The translations under genes and the position numbers were made by a program. From the NCBI GenBank assembly GCA_963664825.1, contig OY761614.1, positions 864,001 to 928,000 on the forward strand: 64,000 nucleotides of DNA, written 5' to 3'. The notes below the pieces were generated by a model that was given only the letters and a program-made list of their open reading frames with translations, was not told where the DNA came from and ran no database searches. The stretch is from an uncultured Holophaga sp. (lineage in GTDB: Bacteria > Acidobacteriota > Holophagae > Holophagales > Holophagaceae). Numbering within the stretch: position 1 is the first letter of the stretch; each line of letters opens with the position of its first letter. Shown here one piece after another: positions 59,797-64,000 of the stretch.

Positions 59797-62700
59797 TTAA
59801 ACCGCGAAGTACCGGGCCTGGGGATGCCAGGCCACCAGGGCGCTGGTGGCATATTCGGGCACCATCTGGAAGCCTTCGGTGAGTTTTACGCCGATGGCCT
59901 GCCCGTCCAGCAGCTCCAGCAGCTGCCCGTTCCCTTCCAGATCCGGGCAGGCGGGATACCCGAAGGAGTAGCGCGAGCCCTGGTAGCCCTGACTGAAGAG
60001 CTGGCGGCGTTCCTTCGAATCGCTCCCATGGATGCCCAGTTCCCGGCGGATGCGCCCGTGCAGGAGCTCTGCGTAGGCCTCCGTGAGTTCCGTGGCCAGC
60101 CCGTGGTAGGTGAAGTAATCGGCATAGCGGTCCGCGGCGAAGAGTTCGGTGGCAAAGTCCGCGGCCTCCTGCCCGAGGCTCACCAATTGCAGGCCCAGCA
60201 CATCGAAGCGACCCACAGCGGCGGGCCTGAAGAAATCCGGAATGCTGAGGCGGCGCCCCCCTTCTTGGCGGGGGAAGGCCATATCCAGCAGCACCCGGCT
60301 ACGGTCCTGGGGATCGAAGACTCGCAGGGTATCGCCCTGGGCCTGGACGGGGAAGTAGCCGTAGCGGGCCCGAGGTTTCAAGAACGGCTCCGAGAGGAGG
60401 CGGCGCTTCCAGGTCTCCAGCAGGGGTTCGGCCTTCTCCCTCAGCACGGCCTCGAAGGCGGCATCGCTGAGCCTGCCTTGGGTGAAGGACCAGCGATCCC
60501 GGATCACCACGAATTCGTCCAGGAAACCGAAGAGTTCCTCGGGGCCGTGGCTCAATTCCCGCACACCCCAGAAGGGGGGCTCGGGCACGGCCTCCTCCCG
60601 CTGCACCCAGGCGCTCTGGCCGGTGGGGGTGAGGGGCGTAGATTCGGCGCCCCGATGGAGCACGGTGATGCCCGGCAGGGCCTCCCCGGGCCCGGTGGGC
60701 GCCCCCAGGGATTTCCCTTCGGCCAGGGCCTGCATGTGGCGCAGGCCCTCGAAGGCGTCGGCCGCATAGCGCACGTCACCGGTGGTATAGACCCGGCGGC
60801 ACTCTGTCTCTACATAGTCCCGGGTGAGGGCGGCGCCCCCCAGGATCACGGGCACCCCATAGCCCTGCTCGGCCATGAAGGCCAGGTTCTCCCGCATGAT
60901 CACGGTGGACTTCACCAGCAGGCCCGAGAGCCCGATGGCATCCGCGGGCCAAGCCTCCAAGGCCTTGAGGATGTCCTCGATGGACATCTTGATGCCCAGG
61001 TTCTTCACCTCGAAGCCGTTATTGCTGAGGATGATATCCACCAGGTTCTTCCCGATATCGTGGACGTCTCCCTTCACTGTGGCCAGCAGCATGCGCCCCT
61101 TGGTATAGGCGCCAGCCTTGGGCAGATGGGGCTGGAGGCGTTGGATGGCCACCTTCATGGCCTCGGCGCTCTCCAGGACGAAGGGCAGCTGCATCTCCCC
61201 GGCCCCGAAGCGCTCGCCCACCACCTTCATGCCATCCAGTAGCACATCGTTGAGGAGATGCAGGGCCTCGCGGTCCTTCAGCGCCTCGTCCATATCGGCC
61301 GGAATGCGCCCCTTCTCGCCATCGATGATGTCCAGGCGCAGGCGCTCCTCCACATCCAGATCGCCGAGATCGGCCCCGGAGCGCTTCACGCTCTTCACGC
61401 CGCTGAAGACCTCCAGCACGGCCTTGAGCGGATCGTAGCCCTCCCGGCGCCGATCGAAGAGCAGATCCTCCACCACCTCCCGCTGCTTCGGATCGATCTT
61501 GGCCACGGGAATGACCTTGCCCGAATTGAAGATGGCCATGTCCAGACCCGCCTTCACTCCGTGATAGAGCATGAGGGCGTTCACCACGTGCCGGGTGGCG
61601 GGGCTGAGGCCGAAGCTGATGTTCGAAACACCCAATATGGTCAGGACGCCGGGCAGTTCCCTCTTGATGTCCTCGATGGCTCCAAGGGTCTCCAGGGCGG
61701 CGGAACGGAATCCCTCCTCCCCGCTGCCCAGGGTGAAGGTCAGGGTGTCCAGGATCAGATCGGAGGGATGGAAGCCGTATTCCTCCACCACGAGGCGATG
61801 GAGTCTCCGGGCCACGGCCAGCTTGCGTTCGCGGGTCTTGGCCATGCCCGTCTCGTCGATGGTCAGGCCCACCACCGCGGCTCCGTAGCGCTTGCAGAGA
61901 TCCAGCACCTTCCGGGCCTTGGCCTCGCCATCCTCGAAATTGATGGAATTGACCATGCACTTGCCGGGAGCGGCCTGGAGGGCGGCCTCGATGGCGGCCA
62001 CCTCCGTGCTATCGACCATGAGGGGCAGCGTCACCTGGGTGGCCAGACGGCGCACGTACTCCGCCATATCCTGGGCCTCGTCCCGTCCCACGTAGGCCAC
62101 GCACACATCCAGCATGTGCGCGCCCTCCTTCTGCTGAGCGCGAGCGATGGAGACCAGGCCATCCCAGTCCTCCTGGGCCAATAGTTCACGGAAGGCCTTG
62201 CTGCCATTGGCGTTGGTGCGTTCCCCCACGATGGCGGGAGCGGGGTCCTGGCGCAGGGGCACGCTCACATAGAGGCTCGAGACGCTGCCCTCGGCGGCCA
62301 CCCGGCGGGGACGCGGCGCGGGCAGGCCCTCCAGGCGGGCGGCCAGGGCGCGGATATGCTCCGGCATCGTGCCGCAGCAGCCGCCGGTGATGGAAAGCCC
62401 GTACTCGCCCACATGATGGACCACCTTCTCGGCGAAGAGTTCCGGGGTCATGGGGTAGACCAGCTGGCCGCCATCATTCACGGGCAGACCCGCATTGGGT
62501 AGACAGCTGATGGTAAACGGGCTCAGCTCATGGAGGGCCTGCAGGGGAGCCCGCATCTCGTCGGGACCCGTGCCGCAATTGAGGCCCAGCACGTCCACGT
62601 CCAGGGCCTCGATGGCCGTGATGACGGCCGCCATCTCGGAGCCCAGCAGGAGGGTGCCCGAGCTCTCCACCGTCACTTGGGCCCAGAGGGGGATCCGCAC

Positions 62701-63237
62701 CCGCTGTGCGGCCATGGCATCCCGGGCCGCGGCCACGGCCAGTTTCACCTGGCCCAGATCCTGGCTGGTCTCGATGAGGATGGCATCGGCGCCGCCTTTC
62801 ACCAGGCCCCGCATCTGGGCCAGGTAGCTGCGGTAGAGCTGGGCATAGGTGATGTGCCCGAGGGTAATGAGCTTGGTGCCGGGCCCCACGCTGCCGATGA
62901 CGAAGCGGGGCCGGTCGTAGGAACGCGCCACCTCCCGGGCCAGCCGCACCGCTTCGATATTGAGTGCCTCGGCGCGCTCAGGGATGCCGAAGTCCGCCAG
63001 CACCACCTCGTTGGCCCCGAAGGTATTGGTCTCCACCGCATCGGAGCCCGCGTCGAAATAGGCCTGATGGATGGCCTGGATCCATTCGGGGCGGCGCTCC
63101 GAAAGCAGTTCCATGCAGCCTTCCAGCGCCTGCCCCCCGAAGTCGTCGGCGGTGGGTTTGCGCAGCAGGATCTGGGTTCCCATGCCGCCATCCAGGAGGA
63201 GCGGCCTTTGAAGGAGGAGGGAGGCTAGGGAAGTCAT
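59797..63237 (-). CDS. metH: Cobalamin-dependent methionine synthase
   Basis: LDGGMGT, GGCCGT, GERTNANGSK, KGDVHDIGKN, SGLL, RYSFGYPACP. Confidence 0.97.
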   Translation of the reverse strand: MTSLASLLLQRPLLLDGGMGTQILLRKPTADDFGGQALEGCMELLSERRPEWIQAIHQAYFDAGSDAVETNTFGANEVVLADFGIPERAEALNIEAVRLAREVARSYDRPRFVIGSVGPGTKLITLGHITYAQLYRSYLAQMRGLVKGGADAILIETSQDLGQVKLAVAAARDAMAAQRVRIPLWAQVTVESSGTLLLGSEMAAVITAIEALDVDVLGLNCGTGPDEMRAPLQALHELSPFTISCLPNAGLPVNDGGQLVYPMTPELFAEKVVHHVGEYGLSITGGCCGTMPEHIRALAARLEGLPAPRPRRVAAEGSVSSLYVSVPLRQDPAPAIVGERTNANGSKAFRELLAQEDWDGLVSIARAQQKEGAHMLDVCVAYVGRDEAQDMAEYVRRLATQVTLPLMVDSTEVAAIEAALQAAPGKCMVNSINFEDGEAKARKVLDLCKRYGAAVVGLTIDETGMAKTRERKLAVARRLHRLVVEEYGFHPSDLILDTLTFTLGSGEEGFRSAALETLGAIEDIKRELPGVLTILGVSNISFGLSPATRHVVNALMLYHGVKAGLDMAIFNSGKVIPVAKIDPKQREVVEDLLFDRRREGYDPLKAVLEVFSGVKSVKRSGADLGDLDVEERLRLDIIDGEKGRIPADMDEALKDREALHLLNDVLLDGMKVVGERFGAGEMQLPFVLESAEAMKVAIQRLQPHLPKAGAYTKGRMLLATVKGDVHDIGKNLVDIILSNNGFEVKNLGIKMSIEDILKALEAWPADAIGLSGLLVKSTVIMRENLAFMAEQGYGVPVILGGAALTRDYVETECRRVYTTGDVRYAADAFEGLRHMQALAEGKSLGAPTGPGEALPGITVLHRGAESTPLTPTGQSAWVQREEAVPEPPFWGVRELSHGPEELFGFLDEFVVIRDRWSFTQGRLSDAAFEAVLREKAEPLLETWKRRLLSEPFLKPRARYGYFPVQAQGDTLRVFDPQDRSRVLLDMAFPRQEGGRRLSIPDFFRPAAVGRFDVLGLQLVSLGQEAADFATELFAADRYADYFTYHGLATELTEAYAELLHGRIRRELGIHGSDSKERRQLFSQGYQGSRYSFGYPACPDLEGNGQLLELLDGQAIGVKLTEGFQMVPEYATSALVAWHPQARYFAV

Positions 63238-63259
63238 AGAGGCGTTTCCATGGAGAGGG

Positions 63260-63550
63260 CTAAAGCCCAAGGTATTCGATCTCGAGATCCCCCTCCACCC
63301 GCAGTTGGCAGGCTAGGCGGTGATCGGAGGGGGCCTCGAGGGAGGCCAGGCAATCCCGTTCCTCGGGACTCGGCCTGGAGGCATGTTCCAGGCCGCGGGC
63401 CACGCGCACCCGGCAGGTGCCGCAGGAACCCGAGCCGCATCCGAAGGTGATATCGGCACCGGCAGCCTCGGCGATTTGACGCAGAGAGGCCCCCCTGGGG
63501 GCCTCCACCAGGAGGTCCTCCCTCAGGAAATGGACCTTCACCTGGGTCAT
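63260..63550 (-). CDS. [2Fe-2S] ferredoxin
   Basis: CGSGSCGTC...RLACQ; ATG 63550 overlaps the upstream stop. Confidence 0.88.
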   Translation of the reverse strand: MTQVKVHFLREDLLVEAPRGASLRQIAEAAGADITFGCGSGSCGTCRVRVARGLEHASRPSPEERDCLASLEAPSDHRLACQLRVEGDLEIEYLGL

Positions 63551-64000
63551 GGCTGGGGGCGCTGCCCGCCCGGCAGGAAGGGCGCCACCAGTTCCACCTG
63601 GCCGAAGGGGGCCGAGAGTTGGATCCCCGCCACGCAGCCTCTCACGGCCTCCAGGAGCTCCTGGGTGATGGCCAGCCCTTCCTGAAGCTGGTCCTCGGCC
63701 TTCGCCCAGCGCCCCATGCGGTCGAGAATGCCCTGGGGCATGCGGACGCCGGGGATTTCCGTGGCCATGAACTGGGCATTCCGGAGGCTCTTCAGAGGCC
63801 ATAGGCCCACGATGACGGGAATCTCCAAATGGCCAGCCAGGTCCAGGAAGCGGAAGAGACCCTCCGTATCGAAAACCGATTGGGTCACGGCCCATTCGGC
63901 CCCGGCCTCCGCCTTGCGCTGGAAGCGCGAGAGCTCCCGCTCCTGGTCCGGGGCATCGGGATTGACCCCCACGCCCACGCTGAAGGCCGCGGGCATGCCG
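63547..64000 (-). CDS. C-terminal MTHFR domain, probably YitJ-like bifunctional homocysteine methyltransferase/MTHFR (partial)
   Basis: GVGVNP, K.EAGAEWAVTQSVFD, G.WPL.SLRNA.F...E.PGV, S.PFG. Confidence 0.8.
   Translation of the reverse strand, partial: GMPAAFSVGVGVNPDAPDQERELSRFQRKAEAGAEWAVTQSVFDTEGLFRFLDLAGHLEIPVIVGLWPLKSLRNAQFMATEIPGVRMPQGILDRMGRWAKAEDQLQEGLAITQELLEAVRGCVAGIQLSAPFGQVELVAPFLPGGQRPQP

Noticed and set aside
63550..63895. N-terminal extension of ORF 63260-63895
   Set aside because: Overlaps the MTHFR-domain gene in another frame; the ferredoxin starts at ATG 63550

Overview
GC-rich bacterial chromosome segment. Gene content and protein style suggest an anaerobic Holophagae-like acidobacterium (inference). 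Core genes: mutS, mce, pilD, cyclophilin, lpdA, hflX, rimP-nusA-infB, folD, mscL, ompA-like, rluA-like, M16 peptidase, metH. Accessory modules: (1) a tandem-PKD lipoprotein divergent from an OmpR regulator, hybrid kinase, double-length four-ATPase UvrA and MBL hydrolase operon; (2) a BlaI/M56 pair with a visible operator; (3) an AT-rich P-loop ATPase gene bounded by an attI-like site and a decayed attC-like site, i.e. a probable solitary integron cassette with no integrase in the window; (4) a MarR-RND efflux operon; (5) an Hfs-type [FeFe]-hydrogenase sensing operon with adhE inside it, behind a Rex-geometry palindrome. Several intergenic repeat families are present, including a 59-bp element that supplies the stop codon of two unrelated genes. 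No rRNA, tRNA or CRISPR array was recognised. All protein calls come from motif recognition by eye, not database searches.
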